Counted from the stretch's first letter, positions 1-16,166 are shown. The stretch: 64,000 bases of DNA from Eledone cirrhosa (GCA_964016885.1 OZ024741.1:314092001-314156000), one strand, 5' to 3'. The notes: generated from the letters alone by a model not told the origin. Translations and numbers: made by a program.

Positions 1-100
1 ATCCCATAATGATATTTGTTTTTGAAATGCACATAATAAAATACATGGATCTCTTTAAAACATGTTTTGATCTTATATTGTATATATATATATATATATA

Positions 101-189
101 CATGGCAGCGATAATGAGGGACAGAGACCGCTGGAGAGAACTCGTCCATGGATCTCGGGAATTTTACCCGCCTTAGATAGATAGTTAGA

Positions 190-190
<1 letters not shown>
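101..190 (+). mobile_element. 3' terminal fragment of a LINE (RTE-like) with (TAGA)n tail
   Basis: Near-identical to 50050-50135; encodes [11 protein letters not shown], a C-terminal motif typical of RTE-type ORFs, followed by TAGA repeats. Confidence 0.6.
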
Positions 191-583
<393 letters not shown>

Positions 584-1249
584 AGGAGTGGCTGTTAAGG
601 CAAGACGTGTTTTCTTGGGCTCTGCTAGAGTCAGCAGAAACACACAACCACGTGTTGCTACACACAAGGGGAAAGAGAAAAATTATGAGACCAAAAGAGA
701 TGTGTACATTTATATTTATATCTAAATATTGATATTATCATTTACAGTCCCTCTGTGTTTAATGTATGTTCATTAGTATATGTGTTGTTATTTCTGCTTA
801 CATGTTACATACATACATACATATATATATCAATGCTTGCGTGAACCTCTCAAAAAATAAAAAATTCATTAGATTTTCTAATTGGATACCCCGAAACTTG
901 ATACCAACACTGAATACACCTGAACTTCTACCAGGAAATCATTCGTATCATTGAAATTTTCTTTTCTTTCCTTCTTATATATTATATATACTTGTCCGCC
1001 ATTGCAAAAGGCCATAAATTCAAAAGAGAAGTGATCTATGAACTTGTACATCTCACTGACCCCCACCACCACAATAACAATAATGTCTACACTCGCTCCC
1101 CACCATCACCACAGTACTCATTACACTATCTAAGGTGGCTGACCTGTTCCCTGTTGACATACTGCTGACTCTTTTGATATATGTATGTGTATATACATAT
1201 ATATATATGTGTGTATATGTATATCTCAGTGGATGCGACCAGATTTCAA

Positions 1250-1720
1250 CACAGCAACAGCTACAACAACAACAACAGCAGCAGCAGCAACAACAACGGC
1301 AACAATACCATTGTCTGTGTTGAATGTGTGTGTATGTATGTATTTGTATATATGCGACAGCAATAACAGAATCAACACCAATGTCTGCAGCAACAGCAGC
1401 AGTGAAATGAAGAAGAAGAAGAACAACAACAGCGACAACAGCAACAGCGTCAGCAATAGCAGCAGCAACTACAATAACAACTACAGCACCAACAACTGCC
1501 ACCACCATCACTGACCATCCACCACCACCACACAGACACCATCCATGACCACCACACTGACACTTTCCACCACCATTCACCACCACCACCGCCATTACCA
1601 GCGTAAAGCAAACAATTATTATTATTATATACAAGCTGAACTGGACTCGGAAAGGTCAACAGTTGACATGATATTGATTTTGATTTTGATTTTGATTTTG
1701 ATTTTGATTTTGTATTTGTA
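1250..1720. repeat. Low-complexity (CAA/CAG/CAC)n and (TTTTGA)n repeats
   Basis: Direct sequence inspection. Confidence 0.9.
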
Positions 1721-1959
1721 TCAGTACTGTCGGTAATATATATATGTGTGTGTGTATTTGTGAGCGGTTTGTGTGATTGTATGCATGAATGAGTGTTGGT
1801 ACGTGAGTGGCGTGTGTGTGGTTGTGGTTTGTATGCATGAGTGTTAGTGTGTGAGTGTGTGTGTGTGCGGCGTGCCAATAAGTTGTTTTTTGTTTTTTTT
1901 TAATGACCATGCTGTAAAATGGAGGGGTAGAGAGGGCTCTTGAGTCTAGTAAGACATCC

Positions 1960-4220
1960 TCTCTAGTGCTGGTGGCACAAATAAAAGCACCCAGTCCATT
2001 CTGTAAAGTGGTGCTGGCGTTAGGAAGGGCATCCAACCAGTTTATCAATGCCAAAACGCTTATCAGCACAGCAACAAATAGGAACAACAACAAAATATGA
2101 AGACGTCGTATCTCAGAGTTGCAACACTTAATGTTGGCACTCTCAGAGGTAGATCTGCTGAAATAGCGGAGATGCTGAAGAGAAGGCAGGTGGATGTGTG
2201 CTGCGTGCAAGAGGTGAGATGGAGAGGTGCCTCTGCGAGACTAGTCGTAGGCAGACGTCTTAGCTATAAGCTATTCTGGGTAGGTAAGGATGATGGGTTA
2301 GAGGGAGTAGGCATTTTCCTGACTGAAAAATGGATCAATAAGACAATAGAGGTAGTTCGAGTTAGTAATCGAATAATTAAGCTTAGATTAGTTGTAGGTA
2401 GGAGACTACTGACAATCATCTCGGCCTATGCTCCCCAAGCAGGCCTAGGCAAAGATGAGAAAGACTGCTTTTATGTGCAACTTTTGCAAACAACCGCAAT
2501 GACAGAGGATGGAGACATCGTTATGCTAGCAGGAGACTTCAATGGTCATGTTGGACAGCTCCAAGATGATTACACAGGGGTACATGTTGGGCACGGTTAC
2601 GGTTCAAGAAATGAAGAAGGAGTGAGACTTCTTGAATTTTGTGATGCAGGTACATTGACTATTTGCAACACAAACTTCCAGAAACCTGCCAATCACCTCA
2701 TAACCTACAAATCTGGTGAGCACATAAGCCAGATTGACTTCTTACTAGTTAGGCAGCGGGACAGGCAGATAGTGTCTAATACCAAGGCATACCCTGGGGA
2801 GGAATGTACCCCACAGCATAGGTTAGTTGTTATTGATATCTCAGTAAGCAAGAGATGGAATGAGACATATAGGAAGGTGTGGAGAAGAAAGGTCTGGAAG
2901 CTAAAAGACCTTTCACTAAAATACAAATTTAGGAAAGCCCTCCAAGATGTATATGACGAAAAAGAAGACGATTTAGAGACGTATGACATAGATAATAACG
3001 GGAATTTCTTACGTGACAACTTGCTGCAGGTTACTGATGAAACTTGTGGCTGGAGCAGAGCTCCAACCAGACAGAGAGTGACCTGGTGGTGGAACAGCAC
3101 AGTAGATAAGGCTATTAGAGACAAAAGACTGGCATGGAAGGTTTGGAAAAAGGGTGGGAGTAGGGAAGAATATACAGCCACTAAGAGAGAAGCTAGACGT
3201 CAGGTGTACTTAGCATGCAGGGAGGCAGAGAGTAGGAGGTTTGCCAATGTTCTGCGACGGGAAGATCAGAGGTGTGCGGTGTTCCACATTGCAAGGCAGT
3301 GTGTCAATGCAAATCAGGATGTTGTTGGAGATAAATGTGTCCGGGATGATGCCGGTGTACTTAGTGTCACGAATGATCAGAAATAGGAGGCCTGGAAATG
3401 TCATTATGAGAGACTGATGAATGTGGAGAACAAATGGGAGAGAGAGAAATTACCCTTGGTAGATCCTACAGAGGGACCAGCTATTGAGATTGACGAATAT
3501 AAGGTCCAAGAGGCGATTAGGGTAATGAAAAATGGTAAGGCTGCCGGACCATCGGGAATAGTTGCTGAGATGCTGAAGGCATCAGGGGACGTAGGAACTA
3601 AACTGCTGCACGCATCATCAATCAGGCTATATTTGGTGGTATCATACCCAAAGACTGGTGCAGCAGTATTCTCATAAATTGCTACAAAGGTAAAGGGGAT
3701 GCTTTGGAGAGGAGCAATTATAGGGGTATGAAACTGAAAGATCAGGTTATGAAAGTGGCAGAAAGGATTTTAGCACAACTAATTAGAGAATGGGTCAAAT
3801 TAGATGAGATGCAGTTTGGTTTTGTGCCTGGGAAGAGTACAACAGATGCCCTCTTCTTGGTGAGACAATTGCAAGAGAGGTTCTTAGAGAGGTTCTTAGA
3901 GAAGAATAAGCCACTATACTTAGCCTTTGTTGACCTAGAGAAGGCCTTTGATAGGGAACCCCGATCTGTCATCCGGTGGTCCCTAAGGCAGTTATGTGTT
4001 GAGGAATGGCTTGTGAGGACAGTGCAAACTTTGTACAGAGGTACTCTCAGTAAAGTCAGGGTAGGAATGGAGTTTAGTGTGGAATTCCAGATACAAGTAG
4101 GAGTACATCAGGGTTCGGTCCTCATCCCGCTCTTGTTCATTATAGTCCTCCAAGCCATAACAGACGAGTTTAAGACTGGCTGTCCATGGGAACTTCTCTA
4201 TGCTGACGATCTGGTTCTTA
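1960..4220 (+). mobile_element. RTE-clade LINE, 3'-truncated inside the RT domain by a (TA)n tract
   Basis: 5' UTR-like segment followed by an APE endonuclease and RT coding region; ends right after YADDLVL. Confidence 0.92.
2097..4220 (+). pseudogene. RTE LINE APE endonuclease-reverse transcriptase, disrupted
   Basis: ORF 2097-3386 has TLNVGTL, CVQEVRW, SAYAPQ, GDFNGH, SQIDF, QHRLV; ORF 3704-4312 has QFGFVPGKST, AFVDLEKAFD, GVHQGS, LLYADD; in-frame TAG at 3384-3386 and a frameshift near 3605. Confidence 0.93.
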
Positions 4221-4244
4221 TAAATATATATATACAGACACATA

Positions 4245-4301
<57 letters not shown>

Positions 4302-4398
4302 AACACACATAGACATATATATACACATACACATATATATAGATATATAAACACACACATGCACATATAAATATATATACATATACATAAATATACAC

Positions 4399-4430
<32 letters not shown>

Positions 4431-4591
4431 ATAAATATACACACATACATAGATATACATATATACATAAATATACACATATACATATATTTATAGTAAT
4501 AATAATAAATTTGAAGGCTAAAATCCAAAGAGGGCTCCATATCAAATATATATGGACCGTAGAGCAAATATTTATTAAAATAATGGATTAA

Positions 4592-4642
4592 ATTTTAACC
4601 GAAGAATCGCTGCTTTCACCCTTAATGGGATCTTCTGAAACT
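4592..4642 (-). ncRNA. Degenerate hammerhead-like motif (CAGAAGA core)
   Basis: agttt-CAGAAGA-tccc attaa gggt-GAAA; homologous to 35747-35796 and 50536-50586; stem III poor in this copy. Confidence 0.35.
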
Positions 4643-4663
4643 AACAAAGTAAAAAATTTGTAA

Positions 4664-4792
<129 letters not shown>

Positions 4793-4817
4793 TATAGAAA
4801 TATATACATAAATATAC

Positions 4818-5750
<933 letters not shown>

Positions 5751-5822
<72 letters not shown>

Positions 5823-5876
5823 ATACATAAATTTACACATATACATATATATATAGACACATATATAAATACATAC

Positions 5877-5931
<55 letters not shown>

Positions 5932-5976
5932 CATATATACATATATATACATATTGACACATATATATATACATAC

Positions 5977-6070
<94 letters not shown>

Positions 6071-6100
6071 GTATACATATACATATATACATATATATAC

Positions 6101-6143
<43 letters not shown>

Positions 6144-6295
6144 CAAATATATATAAATATTCACATATACATATATATAGACACATATATAAATACATAC
6201 ATATATATATATATTTATATATATATATATACATATATAAATATATACATATATATATATATATATACATGTATATATATATATATACATATATG

Positions 6296-6329
<34 letters not shown>

Positions 6330-6330
6330 C

Positions 6331-6363
<33 letters not shown>

Positions 6364-6477
6364 CATATACATATGTATATATATATATATTTATATACAT
6401 ATACATATATATATATACATATGCATATATATATATATATACATACACATATATATATATATATACATACATATATG

Positions 6478-6508
<31 letters not shown>

Positions 6509-6530
6509 ATATATATATGCATATATATAT

Positions 6531-6569
<39 letters not shown>

Positions 6570-6586
6570 TATGTATATATATATAT

Positions 6587-6683
<97 letters not shown>

Positions 6684-6695
6684 CATATACATATT

Positions 6696-6728
<33 letters not shown>

Positions 6729-6804
6729 ATATATACATATGCATATATATATATATACATATATACATAGAAATATATATATACATATATATACATATAT
6801 ATAT

Positions 6805-6843
<39 letters not shown>

Positions 6844-6860
6844 TATGTATATATATATAT

Positions 6861-6939
<79 letters not shown>

Positions 6940-6951
6940 CATATACATATT

Positions 6952-6984
<33 letters not shown>

Positions 6985-7160
6985 ATATATACATATGCAT
7001 ATATATATATATACATATATACATAGAAATATATATATACATATATATACATATAAATATATATATATAACGATACATATATATATATACATATACATAT
7101 ATATATACATATACATATATACATATATATATACATATATATATACATATATATATATAC

Positions 7161-7191
<31 letters not shown>

Positions 7192-7208
7192 CATATACAT
7201 ATGTATAT

Positions 7209-7297
<89 letters not shown>

Positions 7298-7320
7298 TAT
7301 ATATATATATATATACATAA
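5751..7320. repeat. Long degenerate (TA)n/(CATATA)n microsatellite with higher-order duplication
   Basis: Variant blocks such as catatgcat...catagaaat recur about 256 bp apart (near 6740 and 6996). Confidence 0.95.
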
Positions 7321-7585
7321 TATTAATGATACTATTTATGGTTATGTATATACTAAAACTTTTTATAGTTATGTATATTTTAAACCCTAAACAGTGAAGG
7401 TCAGTCATTTATTACTGCCTTATTACCAGTAAGATAAATAGCTCAATGAAATAACATCAATTAAATTGATTACACACATACTTCCGGATAATGAACGGCT
7501 GTAAATTCTCGCAGCAGCATCAACCTAGTCTATAAATTTGGATTAAATAACACTGAGCCGCAATAAGCTAAAATAATTTAATGCA

Positions 7586-7900
7586 TCAAACATCCAATAC
7601 GGAATAATCGTTTCTGATGTGATGGACGTAAAAACTATTTTTAATTTTTCCTGAATGTGAAAATGGTGGTGGATACGAAAACCATAACTTTCTTTTGCTT
7701 CTCCTTTTTATTTTTATTTTTCTGCAAACATACTTTTTTATTATATACAAAAATTCCCTGACCACTAAAACCACTATAATACTCTTACTTACCCGCTTAA
7801 AGTGTTTGTAGTACATGTAACACCCTGCCACACAATAATCATGTATAAATGAGACACACTTGCATGCCCCACGTGTAACTAACGCATACACTAACTACTA
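7586..7900 (-). mobile_element. Possible highly decayed PLE ORF fragment
   Basis: KRRSKRKLWFSYPPPFS resembles the RRSRNVTWFNPP linker of the PLE ORF at 10429. Confidence 0.35.
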
Positions 7901-8024
7901 CATCAGACTAACTAACTATCCTCTTGCATTATCTGTGTTAACTGCCAAATGTATTTTAATTTTGTTTTAATTTTGTTTTATTTTAATTTTGATTTTGATT
8001 TAAAATTTGAATTGCTATACAGAA

Positions 8025-8215
8025 ATAATTGTTTCTACTTTAGGCACAAGGCCAGCAATTACCCAGTACATTACTGGTACTTTATTTCATCGACCCCGTA
8101 AGGATGAAAGGCAAAGTCAACCTCGGCGGGATTTGAACTCAGATCGTAAAGGGACGTAACTATGCTGGAAAGCATGGCGTCCGACCCTCTACTGATACTG
8201 CCAATCCACCGCCCT
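8025..8215 (-). mobile_element. tRNA-derived SINE
   Basis: B-box-like GAGTTCAAATCC on the minus strand; second copy at 46600-46785. Confidence 0.75.
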
Positions 8216-8349
8216 TTTTGCTATACGAAGTTTGCTATACAGAAATAATATAGTATAATATATGTCACTCCACTGTACAACAATATATATATATGTATCT
8301 CTATGTCTCTTGCGTTGGAAAGGAGGTCAATTATGTGTATATATATTAT

Positions 8350-8407
<58 letters not shown>

Positions 8408-8419
8408 GTATATATATAC

Positions 8420-8451
<32 letters not shown>

Positions 8452-8473
8452 ACATATACATATGTATATATAC

Positions 8474-8520
<47 letters not shown>

Positions 8521-8596
8521 CATATATATATATATATATATATAAATATATGTATACATATATATATATATACATATACATATATAGATATAGATA

Positions 8597-8649
<53 letters not shown>

Positions 8650-8765
8650 ATACACATACACATATACATACACATAAACATATATATATATATATACATA
8701 TACATAAATATACACATATACATATATATATACATAAATATACTCATATACATATATATATATAC
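8350..8765. repeat. (TA)n-derived microsatellite
   Basis: Direct inspection. Confidence 0.95.
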
Positions 8766-9585
8766 AAGTTAATATAAATTAATATATGATAAACACAAAA
8801 GTGTTTGTATTGTAAAAGACGAAGTTAGCTAGAATGAAATAAACTAATTCAAATAAATATAGTTAGCCTGTCTCGATTTAAAATAATAAATCAATAAAAA
8901 CAAACCCATATTGGCAAATTGCCGTGGTATCTGGACAAATTTAAATTTCAAAATCCAAACCTGTTCAGCAGAAAAATCCGAATTTCAAAATCAAATAAGT
9001 TTCGCAACGATAGTTTAAAAAGTGAAATATTCCAATTTTCTGTGCTTATCAACAGGTACCCAGAAAAATTAGAATGTTTCACCTCTAAAAAATTTTGGAG
9101 GTCTGGTTCACTAGCGCAAACGCACGAGGTTTTAGCACGAGGTTTTTCCAGCTCACTAGCTATCTCATATTCATGGCGCTAGAAATAACAACCGTTTATA
9201 TGGGATTAAAAATTAGCTCAACTGAAGGAGCAGTAATATTATATTATATTAGAGTTATAAACTCAAACAGTCCTTTACAATTAATTAGCTCAAAGAAAGA
9301 AGCATTTCTGAGCCGTGAAATACAAGTTAATATAAATTAATATATGATAAACACAAAAGTGTTTTTATTGTAAAAGACGAAGTTAGCTAGAATGAAATAA
9401 ACTAATTCATATAAATATAGTTTATTTGAATTAGTTTATTTCATTCTAGCTAACTTCGTCTTTTACAATAAAAACACTTTTGTGTTTATCATATATTAAT
9501 TTATATTAATTTGTATTTCACGGCTCAGAAATGCTTCTTTCTTTGAGCTAATTAATTGTAAAGAACTGTTTGAGTTTATAACTCT
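8763..9585. mobile_element. Non-coding ~558-bp unit with partial tandem copy and inverted terminal copy (PLE pLTR-like)
   Basis: 8763-8860 repeated at 9321-9420; 9425-9585 is the reverse complement of ~9250-9410; degenerate HHR-like motif at 8959-9057 on the minus strand. Confidence 0.6.
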
Positions 9586-9646
9586 AATCTAATATAATAT
9601 ATATATATATATATGCATATATACATATACATAAATATACACATAT

Positions 9647-9742
<96 letters not shown>

Positions 9743-9833
9743 CGAAGGAAATGTGGTAAGGAACCAGGTGGACCATAACGCACCAAAGTACTCAATACTT
9801 AGGGTAGTAGAGTGGGTAATAGGAACAAGTAAG

Positions 9834-9927
9834 ACCCCGACGGCTGAGCTCAAGCCGTTTCGACGGCTAATTCTGGACTGAAAGAAAATTTCTTCTGGTA
9901 TTTAAATAGCCGAGCTTATCAAGGGGT
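9834..9927 (-). ncRNA. Type I hammerhead ribozyme, U3-A8 core variant
   Basis: ACCCC-TTGATAA-gctCGGCTA...TAGCCGtc-GAAAC-GGCT tgagctc AGCC-GTC-GGGGT. Confidence 0.8.
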
Positions 9928-10428
9928 AATTCCATATATGGTCAAAGAGATAATCACCAGGATTGGTCACATCACAAGTTAGTAGTAAATCTGTGATGGC
10001 AAATTGGTGGGGTAAGGGGTAGCTAAACCTGCCGGTAGGAGAAAAAGGGGGAGGGGGTGGAGTAGACCCATTCATGCGTTGGTAGTGCTGGCTACAGCTG
10101 GGCGTGAGGTCAAAGAGGATACTGGGGAGGGGGAGGGGCAGGAAGTCAAAACGGTAAGAAGAACAATGAAGGGTAAAACAATAAAAAGTACTGAGAATGA
10201 AAAAAAAAATAAGCAAAGTCTGGTTAATAAGACTTAAGTCTCTCGCTATTGCTAGGCTAAAAAAATACATAAATAAATATATAAATAAACAAATAAGTGG
10301 ATAAAAGAATAGATAAATAAATAAAAAAATAAAAAAAATATAATAAAGAATAAAAAAAATAAATAATAATAATAAAAATAAACTAGGTGGGACGGAAATA
10401 AAGGGACCCTTATACGAGGTATAAGTGC

Positions 10429-12261
10429 GTGTATCGTACGGTGACGGGTCAACAAAGGGGAGCCAAAATACTAAAGACACTACCACGAACAAATAATTGC
10501 AGCCTAAACTCCACCTATAAAAAGGCTAACCACTCATGCATCGAGGACATTAATCGAGATGGACAACAACTTACCTCCAGCCTCGGGGTGGCCGACCGCA
10601 CCGAACCCCTAGACCCACGGACACCCTACTTCACACTGAAGGACCACAAATCCGATTTCGACCGTAAACCTTCTATCAGGCTTATAAACCCAACGAAGTC
10701 CGAAATAGGGAGAATCAGCAAAAAAATCCTAAACCGCGTGATACCAAAAGTCAAGCAACACGCCCGACTTAGCCTATGGATCAACACCCAGGAAGTTATA
10801 TCATGGTTCAGCAATATGGAGGATAAACGAGACACTAAATTTATCCAGTTCGACATAGAGAGCTACTATGCTTCAATAACCTTACCGCTACTTACTGCCG
10901 CCTTGGACTTCGCCGAAGCACTTGTGCCTATCACCGACCAGGAAAGAAAAATCATCCTCCACGCCAGGAAGACAGTCTTACTCTTTAACAACTCCAAATG
11001 GATAAAAAGAGCTCCCGACTCACCCTTCGACGTCAGCATGGGCGCGTCGGATTCGGCGGAGGTCACAGATCTTATAGGATTATTCCTTATAGCCAAACTC
11101 ACCGATATGTTTCCTGCTTTCGGTGGTGGATTGTACCGTGATGATGGGCTCCTTACCCTTAAAGGTTACAACCCCAGTAGTACAGATCGGGTCCGTAAAC
11201 AATTAACCAGCTTCTTCCGCGACTGGGGATTTAAAATAACCCTACAAACGTCCCTGACCCGAGTTAATTTCCTGGACGTTACCCTTGATCTCAATAATGA
11301 CCTGTACTACCCATACAGGAAACCCAATGACAACCTGCACTACATCCACCGCCGATCTAACCATCCTAGGAACATCACCAACAACCTGGTCAAAAATAGC
11401 TCCCTCCGCATATCCCGTTTGTCAGCTAATGAGAAGATATTCGATGAACATGCGCCTTACTACAACCAGGCCCTCAAGCGGAGTGGTTTCCGGGAGGTAA
11501 TATCCTACTGTCCAGCTCCCATTAGCGGAACCAGCAGGCGACACCGCCGCTCACGCAATGTAACATGGTTCAATCCTCCCCACAACGCCGAGGTGACAAA
11601 TCCCATCGGGAAAATTTTCTTTAGGCTCATTGAAAAACACTTCCCACTACAACACCGCTACCACAACATAATTAACAAAAATACCATCAAACTCTCATAC
11701 AGCACTACACCTAACTTCGCACAAAACATCGTCTCCTCCAACAACAAAAAACTCAACCCCGATGGAAGAAATAACCTAAATAGCAGTGGAGAGCCGACCA
11801 GGAGGTGAAACTGTCCTGATAGATCCAGTTGCCCCCTCGACAACCGATGCAGAGACCGTAATGTGATCTACCAGTGCAACGTGAGCACGGAAACCTCCAA
11901 CAAAGCTTATATAGGATTAACCGAACGTGACTTCAAGACCCGGCTATACCAACACAGACATACCTTCCAAAACCCGGCCCGGCGTCACGCCACTACACTT
12001 TCAGGCCATAAATGGGACCTCAAGGACAACAACATCAACTATGATCTCACTTGGAAATTACTGTCCAGAGCCAAGTCTTACACGGGAGGACGCCGTCCGT
12101 GCAATTTATGCTCGGAGGAAACTTTACAAATGCCGTTTTCGACGGACCAACTCCTAAACAAGAAAGATGAACTGGTTACTGCATGTAAACACCGATTACG
12201 TCGGACTTACCTCGCCCTCAAACCCCATAATGACCCGGGGGTGGGGGGGGGGGGGGGGTAG
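10429..12261 (+). CDS. PLE reverse transcriptase plus GIY-YIG endonuclease, one in-frame TGA at 11806-11808
   Basis: QFDIESYY, FDVSMGASDSAEVTDLIG, GLYRDDGL, VNFLDVTL, WFNPP; after the TGA the same frame continues NCPDRSSCPL..C..NVIYQC..YIGLTE..FKTR..H..CNLC; true N-terminus missing. Confidence 0.88.
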
Positions 12262-13481
12262 ACTAGGGCTATAACACCCCACTTGCCTATTTTGTAATGG
12301 GTAACCCCTGCTTGCCAATGGAGACGTAAGATCTTCTTTTACATTCTTTTATCGCTTCCTCTATATTTCCTTCCCCCCCCCCCATCCCTCAGTAGTCCTT
12401 CTACCCCAGTTCCTTTTCTTTGTCGTCGTCTTTTTCTCGCCCACCCGAGGTAGCCCCTCGGTCCCTTGTAGCTTCAGCACCCCCACCCCCTCCCCTATTC
12501 TATGATAGATTTGGCTGACTCCGCTTCTTATAGCAGAGGTGTTAGACTTCGGATACTTGCCCCCTTCTCCGACCGCTGTCCCTTTTTTCCGTGCCTTCTA
12601 TATTTCTTAGTGGCATCTTTGCTTTAATTTCTCGTTTATCCAGTATTTCTTTCTTCTTTTTCTTTTTTTTTTTGGGGGGGGGGGTCTGTATTAATTTCCC
12701 GTTCTTTAATTTTACTTCGTACGACCTTTCATGTAGCTTGTATAAGACTTTTTGTTTCGTGGCGGTACCCTTAGAGTTAGCATTAGTATTATATTCTCGT
12801 ACTAGTTTACTTTCTCGCACTGGGTGGTTGCTGGCCCTGTGATTGGGGTAGAAACCTTTATTATTTCGTGGTAGTCTCTTTAGTATTTCCCCCCCCCCCT
12901 TTGTTGACCCGTCACCGTACGATACACGCACTTATACCTCGTATAAGGGTCCCTTTATTTCCGTCCCACCTAGTTTATTTTTATTATTATTATTTATGTT
13001 TTTATTCTTTATTATATATATATTTTTTTATTTATTTATCTATTCTTTTATCCACTTATTTGTTTATTTATTTATTTATGTATTTCTTTAGCCTAGCAAT
13101 AGCGAGAGACTTAAGTCTTAGTAACCAGACTTTGCTTATTTTTTTTTTCATTCTCAGTACTTTTTATAGTTTTACCCTTCATTGTTCTACTTACCGTTTC
13201 GACTTTCTCCCCCTCCCCCTCCCCAGTATCCTCTTTGACCTCACGCCCAGCTGTAGCCGCCACTACCAACGCATGAATGGGTCTACTCCACCCCCTCCCC
13301 CTCTTTCTCCCACCGGCAGGTTTAGCTACCCCTTCCCCCAACAATTTGCCATCACAGAATTACTAGTAACTTGTGATGTGACCAATCCTGGTGATTATCT
13401 CTTTGACCATATATGGAATTACCCCTCGATAAGCTCGGCTATTTTTTAAATATATATATATATATATACATAAATATACAC

Positions 13482-13558
<77 letters not shown>

Positions 13559-13640
13559 GTTATTCCGGGTTGAATCGGAGGTAACCACAGTAAGTAAGGT
13601 ACTCAATACATAGCAGAGTATAAAAGTTTTAATATAGAAG

Positions 13641-13691
13641 ATATTCTACAGGACTAGAACTGTTTCATTCTTTAGAAATCATCAGGAATCT
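13641..13691 (-). ncRNA. Type I hammerhead ribozyme
   Basis: agattc-CTGATGA-tTTC taaa GAAt-GAAAC-AG ttctagtc CT-GTA-gaatat. Confidence 0.8.
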
Positions 13692-14149
13692 GGGTATCAA
13701 AAAATAAATATGGTATTTATAGGTCTCTACAAGTGGTAGGAGAGGGTGGGGAGTGGGATGGGTGTAAGTCATTGGTTGATAGAAAAGGGAATTCATTAAA
13801 AGCTAATTCTACAAAGCTATAGTTTATTTTTATTAATTTATTTTTTTGTTTTTAGAGTAACAAAGGCAGACATAATTCTATAAACAGGTTCCGGATAGCA
13901 TACCATTCCTTGTCATTAAGTTTCTCTTAAGCTAACAGATGTCTATAAGATCATTGGGGGCTCAGTCATGGTAGATAGAATTAAAGGAAAGGGAGATTCT
14001 TTAAAAGCTAAATTCATTAAGGTTCTACTAAGTGACAAAGGTTTAGAGAATTCTGTAGACAGATTCAAAATACTGAGTGCATATCTTACAATTATCTTCG
14101 AACTTCTCTTAAACTAATCAACTATATGACAAAAATCAACAGACACATT

Positions 14150-14282
14150 CACAAAAAAACACACTCACTCACACACTCGCGCGCAACCATAAACACACAT
14201 ACACATACACATATACACACATAAAAACACACACACATATATAAAAATATTTTTAAATATACATATATATACACACATATAT

Positions 14283-14339
<57 letters not shown>

Positions 14340-14469
14340 CACACATACATATATATACACACACACACACAAATATATATACACATATATATACACTCAC
14401 ACAACATACATACACAGAAATATACATGTGTATACATATACATACACATACACATACATATATATATAT

Positions 14470-14519
<50 letters not shown>

Positions 14520-14633
14520 ATGTGTATGTATATGTATACACATGTATATTTCTGTGTATGTATGTTGTGTGAGTGTATATATATATGTGTATATATATTT
14601 GTGTGTGTGTGTGTGTGTATATATGTATGTGTG

Positions 14634-14682
<49 letters not shown>

Positions 14683-15355
14683 ATATATGTGTGTGTATAT
14701 ATGTGTGTATATATATGTATATATAAAAATATGTTTATATATGTTTTTATATATATATACACACATATATATATATATATATGCATTACACATATATACA
14801 TACATATATATATATATATATACATACATATACACACGCATATACACAAACACACACATATATATATATACATATATATACATAAACAAATATATACATA
14901 TACATACACACACACACACACCCATACGTACATATATATATATACACACACACATACATACACACATACACACATACATACATACATACATATACAGATA
15001 TATATACATATATACATATACATATATATACATATATATATATATATACATATATATACATACACACACATATACATACATACATATACACACGCATATA
15101 TACACACACACACATATATACACATATATACACACACACACAAACACATGCATATATATAAATATACATATATATATCCATATGTATACATATATACACA
15201 TACATACACAGACATATACATAAATATACACATATATACAAACACATATACTCATATATACACACATATATACATATATATATACACGCATACACACATA
15301 CACACACACACAAATATATATACACACACTCTCTCTCACGCACATATATATATAT

Positions 15356-15435
<80 letters not shown>

Positions 15436-15520
15436 ATATATATATACATACACATATACATACAAACATATACATACACATACATATACACACATACACA
15501 CAAATATATACACATACAAA
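14150..15520. repeat. Compound (CA)n/(TA)n/(TG)n microsatellite, partly palindromic
   Basis: Direct inspection; 14330-14470 mirrors 14500-14640. Confidence 0.95.
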
Positions 15521-15995
15521 TAAATAAGTACTCAATAAATATACGCATATACGCAGGCACATAAAAACACCTCTACAGGCAGAAAATGTAGATAGGAAAG
15601 AGGTACTCACATAACCATAGTGGCCGTATTTCAGGTTGAGGAGGGGTGGGGGTAGGGTGGGAAGGAGGTATAGGGGCCAATAGGGGGAGGTCTTTTTTAG
15701 CCATTGGGCTTTAATACTGGCTTAAAGTGTTTGAAAGTTACAAAGTTCTTGTGCATGCAGTTCGGGCAGTGTTCAGAGAGTTTGTATGCCATCCGGAACC
15801 TGTTTATAGAATTCTGTCTGCCTTTGTTACTCTAAAAACAAAAAAATAAATTAATAAAAATAAACTATAGCTTTGTAGAATTAGCTTTTAATGAATTCCC
15901 TTTTCTATCAACCAATGACCTACACCCATCCCACTCCCCACCCTCTCCTACCACTTGTAGAGACCTATAAATACCATATTTATTTTTTGATACCC

Positions 15996-16046
15996 AGATT
16001 CCTGATGATTTCTAAAGAATGAAACAGTTCTAGTCCTGTAGAATCT
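15996..16046 (+). ncRNA. Type I hammerhead ribozyme
   Basis: AGATTC-CTGATGA-tTTC taaa GAAt-GAAAC-AG ttctagtc CT-GTA-GAATCT; perfect 6-bp stem I. Confidence 0.87.
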
Positions 16047-16058
16047 CTTCTATATTAA

Positions 16059-16125
<67 letters not shown>

Positions 16126-16166
16126 GAATATAAAATGAAAGTGCTTTTATAAATGAATTTATTAGG

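Larger units (their letters stand above)
9740..13448 (+). mobile_element. Penelope-like element, 5'-truncated, with inverted pLTR at the 5' end
   Basis: RT-GIY-YIG coding region ~10480-12261; 9905-10490 is the reverse complement of 12870-13445; (TA)n on both sides. Confidence 0.93.
13556..16062. mobile_element. Inverted pair of PLE pLTR-like fragments around a (CA/TA)n expansion
   Basis: 13625-13900 is the reverse complement of 15790-16062; each arm carries an HHR. Confidence 0.75.

Noticed and set aside
878-1072. Possible host-gene exon
   Set aside because: No recognisable protein similarity or convincing splice structure
1053-1634. Poly-Q, poly-C and poly-V ORFs
   Set aside because: Derived from trinucleotide repeats; no domain or exon support
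12490-12560. Candidate SECIS downstream of the TGA-containing PLE ORF
   Set aside because: ATGA is present, but the apical AA and a properly spaced GA quartet were not evident
9902-13449. Similar ~195-aa hydrophobic ORFs at 9902-10492 (minus) and 12868-13449 (plus)
   Set aside because: They are the two copies of the same low-complexity T-rich pLTR/3' UTR; similarity reflects DNA duplication, not protein conservation
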